Assembly (NCBI GenBank): GCA_963749075.1
Contig: CAVVLJ010000017.1
Span: 832,001-896,000, forward strand
Length of the DNA stretch: 64,000 bases
Reading direction: 5' to 3'
From: an uncultured Pseudomonadota bacterium
Lineage (GTDB): Bacteria > Pseudomonadota > Alphaproteobacteria > JACZXZ01
The position numbers and the translations under genes are program-made. Position 1 is the stretch's first letter. Every line of letters begins with the position of its first letter. The notes beneath the pieces were generated by a model. It searched no databases, was not told where the DNA came from, and was given only the letters and a program-made list of their open reading frames with translations. Positions 31,453-41,400 of this stretch are shown here, one piece after another.

Positions 31453-31742
31453 ACCCTAAGCGGACTCCCCGACCGTCGACATCAGGTTCTTTTAGATGCT
31501 TAGATGGGGGACACGCAGCCGTTTCAATTCGCTCTTCCGGCTGGCCGCGTAGAGCGACAGCTCCAGGAGTTCGAATCGTCCCCGGCGCGTCAAATTCGGA
31601 ATAGCTGCCGCATCCAGGGCTTACCTCAGCCTGCGCGGGATGAAACTGGGCACCCTGCGGGCGCAAGACGCCTATGGTCGTTTAAGCTCGAAAGTGGTTA
31701 GGTAAGGCGTACACTGTCTGCGAGCTCTCGAGGAGGCAAGCC

Positions 31743-33494
31743 GTGGTCGGTGAGCGGGTGGAGCGACGCCTTACAGCCATTCTCGCGGCCGATGTCGCCG
31801 GCTATAGCCGGTTGATGGGCGCCGACGAGGAGGGCACGCTTGCCCAGTTGAAGGCGCATCGGCGCGGCCTCGTCGATCCCAAGATCAGCGAACATCGTGG
31901 GCGGATCGTGAAGACCACCGGCGACGGCATGCTGATCGAGTTTCCCTCCGTCGTCGATGCGGTGCGCTGCGCCGTCGAGGTCCAGGAAGGTATGGCCATC
32001 CGTAACGCCGACGTACCGAAGGGCCGTCGGATCGAGTTCCGGGTAGGAATCAACCTCGGGGACGTTATCGTCGATGGCGATGACATCCATGGCGATGGCG
32101 TCAATATCGCGGCCCGGCTGGAAGGGTTGGCGCAATCTGGGGGCATTTGCTTATCGCAGACCGTCCTCAACCACGCGCGTGGCAAGGTGCCGCTCGAAGC
32201 CGAGGACGCGGGTGTTCAGACGCTAAAGAACATCGACCGGCCGGTCCATGTCTATCGCGTGATATTGGGGCCAACCGCGCGGCGTGCCGCATCTACGGAG
32301 TCGGCCTTACCCCTGCCCGACAAGCCGTCGATCGCCGTGCTCCCCTTCGTCAACATGAGTGGCGATCCAGAGCAGGAGTTCTTCGCTGACGGCCTCACCG
32401 AGGACATCATCACCGAGCTGTCCCGTTTCCACGACCTGGTCGTCATCTCCCGCAACTCGGCATTCGTGTACAAGGGCAAGACGGTCAGGGTCCAAGACGT
32501 CGCGCGCGAGTTCGGCGTCCACTACATCGTCGAGGGGAGCGTGCGCAAGGCGAGCGACCGCGTCCGCGTCACGGTGCAGCTCATCGACGCCGAGGCCGAT
32601 CGGCACATCTGGGCCGAGCGCTACGACCGCAAGCTCGAGGACATCTTCTCCGTCCAGGACGAGGTGACCACGGCGATCGTCGCCACGCTGCCCGGCCGCG
32701 TCGAGGCCGCCACGCATGACCGCGCGAAGCGCAAGACGACCGGCAACATGGCGGCTTATGAGTGCGTGCTCGCGGCCAAGGTGCTGCACCACCGCTCGGT
32801 CCGGGAGGACAACGCCGAGGCGCAGCGCCTGCTCGACCGTGCGCTTGCGCTCGACCCGAACTATGCCCATGCTCACGCCTGGAAGGCATGCGTGCTGGGC
32901 CAGGCGTGGACCTATGGATGGTGCGCGGATCGTGACGCCACCTTCCAGCAGGTGGCCGAGGAGTTGGAGATCGCTCTGGCACTCGACGACAACGACAGCG
33001 ACGTGCACCGCGTCCTCGCCGCAGTGAGCCTGGTACACGACAATCACGACAAGGCCGCGTACCATCAGGAGCGGGCGCTCGCACTCAATCCCAACTACGA
33101 CCTCGTCGTGGTGCAGCAGGGCGAACTTCTGACGTGGCTGGGGCGGCCGGAGGAGGGCATCGATTGGATCAAGAAGGCGATGCGCCTCAACCCGTACCAC
33201 CCCGAGCGCTTCTGGAATCACCTGGGCCGGGCGTATTTTATGGCGCGTCGCTACGCCGAGGCGGTCGAGGCTTTCAGTCGCATCACCAGGCCGGATCACA
33301 CGCATCACGCATTTCTCGCGGCCTCCTTGGCTCAGATGGACGACCAGACCGCGGCAGCGGCACACACCCAGGCGGTGTTGAAACGAGAACCGAAATTCTC
33401 CGTGCAAAGTTATCTGGCAACGTTGCATTACAAGCGCGACAGCGACCGTGTGCACCATCGCGAGGGCTTGCGCAAGGCCGGGCTGCCGGAGTGA
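31743..33494 (+). CDS. Class III adenylate cyclase-TolB-like-TPR protein
   Basis: ERRLTAILAADVAGYSRLM, KTTGDG, GDGVNIAARLE, LPDKPSIAVLPFVNMSGDPEQEFFADG, C-terminal TPRs; GGAGG RBS. Confidence 0.92.
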   Translation: MVGERVERRLTAILAADVAGYSRLMGADEEGTLAQLKAHRRGLVDPKISEHRGRIVKTTGDGMLIEFPSVVDAVRCAVEVQEGMAIRNADVPKGRRIEFRVGINLGDVIVDGDDIHGDGVNIAARLEGLAQSGGICLSQTVLNHARGKVPLEAEDAGVQTLKNIDRPVHVYRVILGPTARRAASTESALPLPDKPSIAVLPFVNMSGDPEQEFFADGLTEDIITELSRFHDLVVISRNSAFVYKGKTVRVQDVAREFGVHYIVEGSVRKASDRVRVTVQLIDAEADRHIWAERYDRKLEDIFSVQDEVTTAIVATLPGRVEAATHDRAKRKTTGNMAAYECVLAAKVLHHRSVREDNAEAQRLLDRALALDPNYAHAHAWKACVLGQAWTYGWCADRDATFQQVAEELEIALALDDNDSDVHRVLAAVSLVHDNHDKAAYHQERALALNPNYDLVVVQQGELLTWLGRPEEGIDWIKKAMRLNPYHPERFWNHLGRAYFMARRYAEAVEAFSRITRPDHTHHAFLAASLAQMDDQTAAAAHTQAVLKREPKFSVQSYLATLHYKRDSDRVHHREGLRKAGLPE

Positions 33495-33564
33495 TCGGTG
33501 CCTGATCCAAGGCTAGGTAAAGGAACACCACGCCATTAATCGCTCAATTCGTCCACCCGACCTA

Positions 33565-33588
33565 ATGTCCCTTGTGACCCAAAGCGGA
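33565..33588. repeat. Palindromic element C
   Basis: ATGTCCCTTGTGACCCAAAGCGGA, same pattern as reconstituted element B (GGCCGTTCGTGACCCTAAGCGGA). Confidence 0.65.
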
Positions 33589-33641
33589 GTGCGCCGGGAG
33601 AGCGGCGAGGAGTAGGTAGTGCAAGTCCACTACGATAAAGG
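33589..33641 (+). mobile_element. Probable 5' remnant of a second, different group II intron
   Basis: GTGCGCCGGGAGAGCGGCGAGGAGTAGGTAGTGCAAGTCCACTACGATAAAGG starts with GTGCG directly after element C. Recognised from memory as a bacterial intron 5' end; no RT or domain V follows. Confidence 0.55.
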
Positions 33642-33728
33642 TCCGTATGCGTGATACGTCCGGTACGCCGTGCCATGAATAGCCGAAACCGAGGGTAATG
33701 TAGTGACGGTCGGTCTGCCGGCTGAGGG

Positions 33729-35105
33729 TTAATCGGTCGGTCGAATGTTCTGATTTACCCGAAAGAAGTTCTTGGGATCGTACTTCATCTTGATGCCGGC
33801 CAGACGCTGATAGTTGTCTCGATAGGTGGCTTGAACGCGGTCCTGGCCCTCTTCCATCATGAAGTTCACGTACGCGCCACCCGCCGAATATGGACGCATG
33901 GCGTCCCAATAGTCTTTGCACCATGCCGTGATTTTTTCGCTGTTGGCGGGGTCGGGGTCCACGCCCACGATCGCCTCGGCGAACAGCGCTTCGCGGAAAC
34001 TGTATGCGGTATCGTTTTTGCCGACGCGCTGTGCCGCGCCATTGACGGGATAGAGGTGCATCGTGGAGAGCATGGTCGGTATCTTAGACCCGTGTTCGAC
34101 GTGCCGGGCAATGGCTTCATCGCTCAATTCCGTGAAGTTGTCAGCCCGCCAATACCATTGCAGGCCGGGAACGAACAGAGGGTCAAACAGGCTTTGCACG
34201 GCCGGAAATGGCGCAGGCCCGACGTGGTCAAAAAGCGGGTTACCCAGCGATCGCATCGGCTTCAGGGATTCTTCCGTCTGTTCGGCAGACCCGGTGCAGC
34301 ACCACACGATGCCGCATACTTTCTTATGGTGGAGATGCTCAGGGAACATTGGGGCGGGCGGGACGACAAGAAAAGCGAAAAAGCCGCTTACCTCCTCGGG
34401 AGCTTCCTTGATGAAGTCTCGATAGGCGCTGAGGACATTCGCGGCCTCGTCGAGCGGCCAGAACGTCGGGCCGAAGTGGACCATCTTGACCGGATGGAGC
34501 CGAAATTCGAAGGAAGTGACCACTCCGAAGTTTCCGCCACCGCCGCGCACCGCCCAAAACAGATCGGGATTCTCTTCGCTGCTCGCCGTCACGAAGCTCC
34601 CATCGGCCAAAACCATGTCCACAGAGAGCAGATTGTCGATCGTCAGGCCGAACCTGCGCGTGAGATAGCCGATACCTCCGCCCAGGGTGAGCCCAGCCAC
34701 TCCGGTGGTGGAGATGAAGCCGCATGGTGTGGCCATGCCGAAGGCGTGCGTTGCATGATCCACGTCGCCCCAAACGCACCCTGCCTCAACGCGGACGGTT
34801 CTGTCCGCGGGGTTCACGCGAATGCCCTTCATTCGTGAAAGGTCGACCACCAGACCGTCGTCACAGGTCCCTAGGCCGGCGCCGTTATGGCCGCCGCCGC
34901 GAATTGCCGTCAATAGGTCATTTCCCGCGCCAAACTCCACCGCCGCTATAACGTCGGCAACGTCCACGCACCGCGCAATGAGACGTGGGCGTTTATCGAT
35001 CATTCCGTTATAGACCTTGCGCGCGGATTCATAGGCGGCATCCGTCGGCTGAATAAGCTCCCCACGGAAAGAACTCTTCAATTGATCTACAGATTGTGGA
35101 GGCAT
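33729..35105 (-). CDS. FAD-binding oxidoreductase (BBE/6-hydroxy-D-nicotine oxidase-like)
   Basis: IRGGGHN, GVAGLTLGGGIG, DLFWAVRGGGGNFGVVT, KYDPKNFFRVNQNI; visibly lower GC than flanking host genes. Confidence 0.92.
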   Translation of the reverse strand: MPPQSVDQLKSSFRGELIQPTDAAYESARKVYNGMIDKRPRLIARCVDVADVIAAVEFGAGNDLLTAIRGGGHNGAGLGTCDDGLVVDLSRMKGIRVNPADRTVRVEAGCVWGDVDHATHAFGMATPCGFISTTGVAGLTLGGGIGYLTRRFGLTIDNLLSVDMVLADGSFVTASSEENPDLFWAVRGGGGNFGVVTSFEFRLHPVKMVHFGPTFWPLDEAANVLSAYRDFIKEAPEEVSGFFAFLVVPPAPMFPEHLHHKKVCGIVWCCTGSAEQTEESLKPMRSLGNPLFDHVGPAPFPAVQSLFDPLFVPGLQWYWRADNFTELSDEAIARHVEHGSKIPTMLSTMHLYPVNGAAQRVGKNDTAYSFREALFAEAIVGVDPDPANSEKITAWCKDYWDAMRPYSAGGAYVNFMMEEGQDRVQATYRDNYQRLAGIKMKYDPKNFFRVNQNIRPTD

Positions 35106-35278
35106 AGGGTTCTCCCGATCACCATGATGTTTGATCCCCATTCAACCGACGTTCCCCGTGTGTGACCGACCAAACCAGCCCTCTTTTGGGGAGGGTACGC
35201 CAATCGCGGCTGCCGACAAAGCCGGAATTCGACATTGCTGAGCTGAATTTCGGAAAGGCGTGATCCGTAGTCGGTCGA

Positions 35279-35350
35279 ACTTCCGCTTCAGGCACGTCTC
35301 TTCTGTTAGCCGCGGTGCATCGTGATGGCGCCTCTTGGACGCAGAGCGGG
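35279..35350. repeat. Degenerate palindromic element pair D
   Basis: ACTTCCGCTTCAGGCAC (reverse complement GTGCCTGAAGCGGAAGT) followed by GGCGCCTCTTGGACGCAGAGCGGG; shares the TCCGCTT/AGCGG ends. Confidence 0.4.
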
Positions 35351-35682
35351 TGGTGAGCAGCCGTACCCGGGGCGCCGAACATTCCCCCCGAGGTGAACCG
35401 GCATTGGAAAGGCTGCCTCTCGCCGGCTGCGATCGCCGCCCGCGCCAGCATCAGAGGGGCCATCATCGTTAGTGGGGCTACAAATGGCGGAAGAAGTGCA
35501 CTTTCAGCACGGAAAAGCTGTGAGAGTACCAGCCCTGCAGGTCGGGCGACTCGATGATTTGACTGCTCGGCAGCGATTGCGATCAAATATCGTTGTGACG
35601 ACACCCCGGTGAGACGCAAAATAATGTTTGCGGACCGCGAATCCGGGGAATGTCGATTAAGTCGATTAAGGAGGGTGTAACT

Positions 35683-36111
35683 ATGGCGGCGTCACACAAA
35701 GGCGAATGTTTCTGCGGGGCGGTTCAGGTGGAGGTTTCGGGCGAACCTGAAGGCATGGGCTATTGTCACTGCCAATCATGCCGATCCTGGTCGGGCGGCC
35801 CGGTCAATGCCTTCACTCTATGGAAACCTGACGCCGTACGGATCATCAAGGGTGCTGAGCATGTCGCCACATTCCAAAAGACGGAAGTAAGCCAGCGCCA
35901 ATTCTGCACCAAATGCGGCGGCCACCTCATGACCAACCATCCTACGCTGGGACTCGTCGATGTGTTCGCTGCGACGTTGCCGACGCTCAAGTTCACCCCC
36001 GGCGTCCACGTGAATTATGCGGAGACAGTTCTGCCCATGCGGGACGGACTCCCTAAGCTGAAGGATTTTCCCAAGGAATTTGGCGGTTCTGGTGAAGTCG
36101 TTCCGGATTAG
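35683..36111 (+). CDS. GFA (CENP-V/DUF636) Zn-binding protein
   Basis: GECFCGAV, YCHCQSCR, RQFCTKCGGHL; AAGGAGG RBS; lower GC. Confidence 0.92.
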   Translation: MAASHKGECFCGAVQVEVSGEPEGMGYCHCQSCRSWSGGPVNAFTLWKPDAVRIIKGAEHVATFQKTEVSQRQFCTKCGGHLMTNHPTLGLVDVFAATLPTLKFTPGVHVNYAETVLPMRDGLPKLKDFPKEFGGSGEVVPD

Positions 36112-36280
36112 AAGACGACGGTGGCTTGTGGCTAGAGGAGAAGCTATCACTCAGTCCCCCTTTATGCGTGAAATAGCCCGATAAACAGGCGCTGGTCAGC
36201 CGAATAGACAATTGCCCACCGCTCGCGGTTTAGTGCACCCAAGGTCCGCAACATTGCGGACCAACGCCCTCCTCCACTCA

Positions 36281-36310
36281 GGGTCCCCTTTGGGTTCGTG
36301 AGCGGGCATT
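36281..36310. repeat. Palindromic element E
   Basis: GGGTCCCCTTTGGGTTCGTGAGCGGGCATT (reverse complement ..GCCCGCTCACGAACCCAAAGGGGAC); perfect hairpin GGTCCGCAA-CA-TTGCGGACC just upstream at 36243-36262. Confidence 0.55.
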
Positions 36311-36389
36311 CAAGCGGGTACCGAGGGTCTGATTCGCTCCACTAGCTCCACCGTCTACCGGCTTGACCGGGCGTGCGACCGGATGATCT

Positions 36390-36767
36390 TTGTTTGGATC
36401 GGACATCGCGGAGGAGCCTATCGATGGACGCGCGGGCGAGGAAAATCGATGCCGCGCGGTGTACGAGGCGCTTCTCGAGCGGATCGAGGACCTCGAGGAT
36501 GCCGTGCGGCTCATCGAGGACGAACGCGACGAGGCGAAGCGAGATTATCTGCCGGCCGAGCTCGTCGCCCGCCTGGTCGCCGGCGAGCACCCGGTCAGGA
36601 TCTGGTGCTACCACCGCGGCCTCAAGCTCGCCGAGCTCGCAGCCAATAGCGGCGTCGCGGCGAGCTACGTCTCCGAGATCGAGACCGGCAAGAAGCCGGG
36701 CTCGGTCGCTGCCATCAGGAAGCTCGCGGCGGGCCTCAAGGTCGAGGTCGACGACCTGATCCGCTGA
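36390..36767 (+). CDS. XRE HTH antitoxin-like protein (HigA-type), N-terminus possibly truncated
   Basis: YEALLERIEDLED..LPAELVARLVAGEHPVRIW..RGL..AELA..GVAASYVSEIETGKKPGS; no toxin gene upstream. Confidence 0.7.
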   Translation: MFGSDIAEEPIDGRAGEENRCRAVYEALLERIEDLEDAVRLIEDERDEAKRDYLPAELVARLVAGEHPVRIWCYHRGLKLAELAANSGVAASYVSEIETGKKPGSVAAIRKLAAGLKVEVDDLIR

Positions 36768-36894
36768 CCCGAGTACCGCCCACGCGCCGTTGCGTGGACC
36801 GCGGCGGCGGGTTATCGTCGGGCTTCGGAGCGCGCTTGGAGAGACGTCGAGCGCACGGCCGCCTCGGCGACGGCCGCGCGCGCTGGGGGTGGCG

Positions 36895-38448
36895 TTGGGG
36901 TACCTGCCGAACTACGACGAGGACGTCTTCATCAGCTACGCGCACAATGACGACGACGTCTATGCGTCGGAGCCGCGCGGCTGGGTGACCCAGCTCCATT
37001 ACGACCTCGAGCAGCGCGTCACCGGCTACCTCGGCTCCCAGGCGCGCCTCTGGCGCGACATCGAGATCCGCAACAACGAGCATTTCGACGAGAAGATCTC
37101 CAACCGCCTGGCCAAGACGGCGACGCTGCTCTCCGTCATCAGCCCGAGCTTCATCAAGCGGCCGTGGTGCCTGCGCGAGCTCGAGGAGTTCGCCCTGCAC
37201 GCGGAGGGCGGCACCGGCATCCGCGTCGACGAGGAGCGCTCGCGCATCTTCAAGGTCGAGAAGATCCCGATCGACCGCGACGCCCTTCCCTCCCCCATGC
37301 AGGGGACCAAGACCTACCGCTTCTACGGCCCCGATCCGCGCCAGCCCAACCGCAGCCACGAGTTCCGCCCGCAACTCGGCGGCGATTACTTCCTGCGCTA
37401 CTACGAGGAGATGGACGAGCTCGCCAAGGACATCGCCACGGTGCTGCGCGAGCTCGCCGAGCTCACCGCGTCGGGCGGCGCGCAGCCGGGAGCCGCGGCG
37501 CAAGCCCAGCTCGCCGTCTACGTCGCCGAGACCACCTCGGACCTCGACGACAAGCTCGGCGAGGTGCGCCGCGACCTCAAGGACCGCGGCTATCTCGTCC
37601 TGCCCTCGGCCGATCTCCCCTACCGCGCCAAGGACTATCGCGACAAGGTGCGCGAGTGCCTCAAGCGCGCGGCCCTCTCGGTGCATCTCGTGGGCGCGCA
37701 ATACGGCTTCGTGCCCGAGGGCGAGGCGAGCAAATCGAACGTCTGGCTGCAGCACGACCTGGCGATCGAGCGCGGCGCCGATGCCGGCTTCGAGCGGCTC
37801 ATCTGGATGCCGCCGGGTCTCTCGCCGAGCGACGAGCGCCAGCGCCGCTTCGTCGATTACCTGCGCGAGGACCCGGCGGCGCAGAAGGGCGCCGACCTCC
37901 TCGAGACCAAGCTCGAGGACCTGAAGACGGTGATCCAGGAGAAGCTGCGCCAGATCGGCGAGCGCAACTCGGCGAAGCAACGCCGCCCCCAAGCCGCGCG
38001 CGCGGCGGCGCAGCGCAAGGCCGCCGGCGAGCCGCTCCGCATCTATCTCATCTGCGATCCCCTCGACCGCCAGCAGCCGCAGCTCGTGGCGCTGCGCCGC
38101 TTCCTCCTCGCCAAGGGCTACGAGCCGATGCTGCCGAGCGAGAGCGAGGACGAGGCCGAGACGCTCGCCGACCACATCGACAATCTCGAGCTGTGCGACG
38201 CCTGCCTCGTCTATTACGGCGCCGGCTCGGCCCGCTGGTTCGACGCCAAGCTCAAGGACTTCCGCAAGATCCTGAGCCGCCGCCCGCAGCCGGTGCTCGC
38301 CAAGGCCGTCTACATCGCAGCACCCGAGACCCCCGCCAAGGCCGAGGTCGAGACCAACGAGGCGCTGGTGCTCAAGGGGGGTGCTGCCTTCGCGCCCGAG
38401 ACCCTGGCACCCTTCCTCGGCCGGCTCGGCAGCGCCGCATCGGCCTGA
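36895..38448 (+). CDS. TIR-domain protein with two further TIR-like (DUF4062-type) domains
   Basis: DVFISYAHND..SPSFIKRPWCLRELEEF (TIR with catalytic-position Glu); VYVAETTSDL..SVHLVGAQYGFVP; RIYLICD..CDACLVYYG. Start TTG 36895 or GTG 36889. Confidence 0.82.
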   Translation: MGYLPNYDEDVFISYAHNDDDVYASEPRGWVTQLHYDLEQRVTGYLGSQARLWRDIEIRNNEHFDEKISNRLAKTATLLSVISPSFIKRPWCLRELEEFALHAEGGTGIRVDEERSRIFKVEKIPIDRDALPSPMQGTKTYRFYGPDPRQPNRSHEFRPQLGGDYFLRYYEEMDELAKDIATVLRELAELTASGGAQPGAAAQAQLAVYVAETTSDLDDKLGEVRRDLKDRGYLVLPSADLPYRAKDYRDKVRECLKRAALSVHLVGAQYGFVPEGEASKSNVWLQHDLAIERGADAGFERLIWMPPGLSPSDERQRRFVDYLREDPAAQKGADLLETKLEDLKTVIQEKLRQIGERNSAKQRRPQAARAAAQRKAAGEPLRIYLICDPLDRQQPQLVALRRFLLAKGYEPMLPSESEDEAETLADHIDNLELCDACLVYYGAGSARWFDAKLKDFRKILSRRPQPVLAKAVYIAAPETPAKAEVETNEALVLKGGAAFAPETLAPFLGRLGSAASA

Positions 38449-38455
38449 GCCGCCT

Positions 38456-41400
38456 ATGCCCGACGAACCGCGGCTCCACCCCTTCCCGGGCCTCAGGCCC
38501 TTCGAGACCGACGAGGAGTACCTCTTCTTCGGGCGCGAGGGCCAGAGCGAGGAGATCCTCCGGCGTCTCAGGCGCAACCGCTTCCTCGCGGTGGTCGGCA
38601 GCTCGGGGAGCGGCAAGTCCTCGCTCGTCCGCGCCGGGCTCCTGCCCTATCTCTACGGCGGCTTTCTCGCCAAGGCCGGCTCGCACTGGCGCGTCGCCAT
38701 CTTCCGACCCGGCAGCGACCCCTTGGGCGGCCTCGCGCGCGCGCTCAACGACGCCGCCGTGCTCGGTGCCGGGGGCCTGAGTGCCGAGGACGCGGCGCGC
38801 AACGCCGTCCTCCTCGAGGTGACGCTGCGGCGGAGCGGGCTCGGCCTCATCGAGGCCGTGCGCCTCGCGCGCCTCGAGGGTCACGAGAACGTCCTCGTCG
38901 TCGTCGACCAGTTCGAGGAGCTCTTCCGCTACGCGGCTGCCGGCGGGGCGCCGAGCAAGGAGGGCGACGCCGACGCCTTCGTCAAGCTCCTCCTCGAGGC
39001 GAGCGGGCAGAGCGGGCTGCCGATCTATGTCGTGCTCACCATGCGCTCGGACTTCATCGGCGACTGCGCGCGCTTCCGCGACCTGCCGGAGGCGGTGACC
39101 GCGGGGCTCTTCCTCATTCCCCGCATGACGCGCGACCAGCGGCGCGCCGCCATCGAGGAGCCGGTGCACGTGGCGGGCGCCGAGATCTCGCGCCGGCTCG
39201 TCAACCGCCTCTTGAACGACGTGGGCGACAACCCCGACCAGCTTCCCATCCTCCAGCACGCGCTGATGCGGGGCTGGGACTATTGGACGGCGCGCGCGGG
39301 CGAGGGACGGCCGCTCGATCTCGAGGACTACCAGGCGATCGGCGGCATGGCCGAGGCCCTCTCGCGCCATGCCGACGAGGCCTATGACGGGCTCGCGGAC
39401 GAGCGCCAGCGGCAGATCGCCCGCCGGGTCCTCCAATGCCTCACCGAGAAGGGCACCGACAACCGCGAGACGCGGCACCCGAGCACGGTCGCGGCCATCG
39501 CCGCGGCCGCCGGCGTCGAGGCGGCGGAGGTGATCGCGGTCGTCGAGGCATTCCGCCGGCCGGGCCGCTCGTTCCTCACACCCTCGGCCGAGGTGCCGCT
39601 CGAGGCGAGCTCGGTCATCGACATCTCCCACGAAAGCCTGATCCGCGGCTGGCGGCGGCTCAAGGGCTGGGTCGAGGAGGAGGCGGAGTCGGCGCGGGTC
39701 TACCGCCGCCTCGCCGAGACGGCGGCGCTGCGCGCGCAAGGCCAGGCCGGGCTGTGGCACGATCCCGATCTCGCGCATGCGCTCTCCTGGCAGGCGCGCG
39801 AGCGGCCCAACGCCGCCTGGGCGGAGCGCTACCACCTTGGCTTCGAGGCGGCGATGGCCTTCCTCGAGGAGAGCCGGGTCGCGCGCGACGCCGAGAAGGC
39901 GGCCGAGGAGCGCCGCCGCAACGAGGCGTTGCGCCGCGCGCGGCGCGTGACCGCGGCGGTCACCTTCGCCCTCGCCGTCGTGGCGCTTCTCGTCGTCTAC
40001 GCCTGGGGGCAGAAGCGACAGGCCGAGGAGAAGCAGCGCGAAGCGACCCTCGCCGCCGAGGACCTGCGGGTGGAGGCGCGCCAATCGCGAAGACAGCTCT
40101 TCTCCGATCAGCAGACCATCACGGCCATGACCGACACGCTGATCGACAACGCGGCGCTCGAGGGCACCCTCTATCCGCGGCGGCGCAAGGTGACCGCGCT
40201 CACCGAGATCGGCGATCACGAGGGCGCCATCGCCCAGCTCGATACCATCCTCGCGGCCGATCCCGAGAACCTCGCTTCGATCTTCGATCGCGGCTACGAA
40301 TACCTCCTCGTCGGACGTCCCGAGAAGGCCATCTCCGACATCCGGAAATACCTCGGCAAGCACGAGGAATGGAACGCCTACAGCAATCTCGCCATTGCCG
40401 AGGCGATGCGGCGCAACTACGGCGCGGCGATCAAGGCCATCGAGCAGGCGATCGCGCATCACGATCCGACGAGCCTCAACATCTTCGACAGCGAGGTGGC
40501 GCCGGAAATCCAGGAGGCCACGCGCCATACCATCCTCTTTGCCGACAGCGCCAGCCTGTTCGTCGCCCTGCATTATGAATTGGCGGTGCTCTATGCCTTC
40601 ACGGGCGATCCCCGCTTCGAGAAGGCGCTCGATGAGGCCAACGCGGAGGAAGGCAAGTTCCGGGGCTCGAGCGACGCATACCTGTTGGCGCTCAACTGGG
40701 CATGGCTCGACGTAAGGGCGCAGGAGCGCGACGAGAACGGCGAGCTCATCGACTACGGCGTCTACGCCGGCAAGGGTGCCCTCTGGGAGCGCGCGGCGCT
40801 GAGCCGTCCGCGCTACGGCGATTGGGCCCGGCAGTCCTTCCTCGCGTTCCAGAAGGCCTATGCCGCGCGCCCCGAGCCCCGCTATGCGGCGCTCGCCGAG
40901 TGGGTGGCACGCCAGCTCGGCAGCCAGGAGCTCGGCGGCGGCGAGACGATGGCGGCCGAGAGCGAGGATCCGCGCGACATGGAATTGCGCGCCGAGGAGC
41001 TCGAGAGCCGCACCTGGGGCGAGGACCCCATGTCCCATGCCGAGGCGCAGCGAAGCTACAGCTCCGCCATCGAGCTGCTCGAGAAGGAAGTCGCCGGCAA
41101 CGACCTGCGGCGGCGGGACCTCCTCATCGCCCTCCATCTGCGCCGCGGTCAGATGCGCCTCGACGTGAACGACGCCAAGGGCGCGCGGGACGACGCCAAG
41201 CGCGTCATAGCGCTCGACGGCACGGTCTCGGACGCCTATCGCCTCCTTGCCCGCACGGACCTCGACGACAAGGAGCGGCGCGGCGATTATGAGGCGGCGC
41301 TCAAATACGATCCCGCCAACCCCGATGCCCTGCAGGATTACGCGGACATGCTTGAGCGGACCGCGCCCGGCCCGCAGCGCCAGGCGGATCTCGAGCATGC

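Noticed and set aside
31561-31592. GGAGTTCGAATC resembling a tRNA T-loop near the island start
   Set aside because: The T-stem pairs poorly, and no acceptor stem, anticodon arm or CCA could be built.
35652-35669. GTCGATTAA tandem duplication before the GFA gene RBS
   Set aside because: Only two adjacent 9-mers; cannot distinguish an operator, an excision scar or chance.
29412-36310. Classical integron or CALIN
   Set aside because: No intI gene, no RYYYAAC/GTTRRRY attC ends, and genes in mixed orientation.
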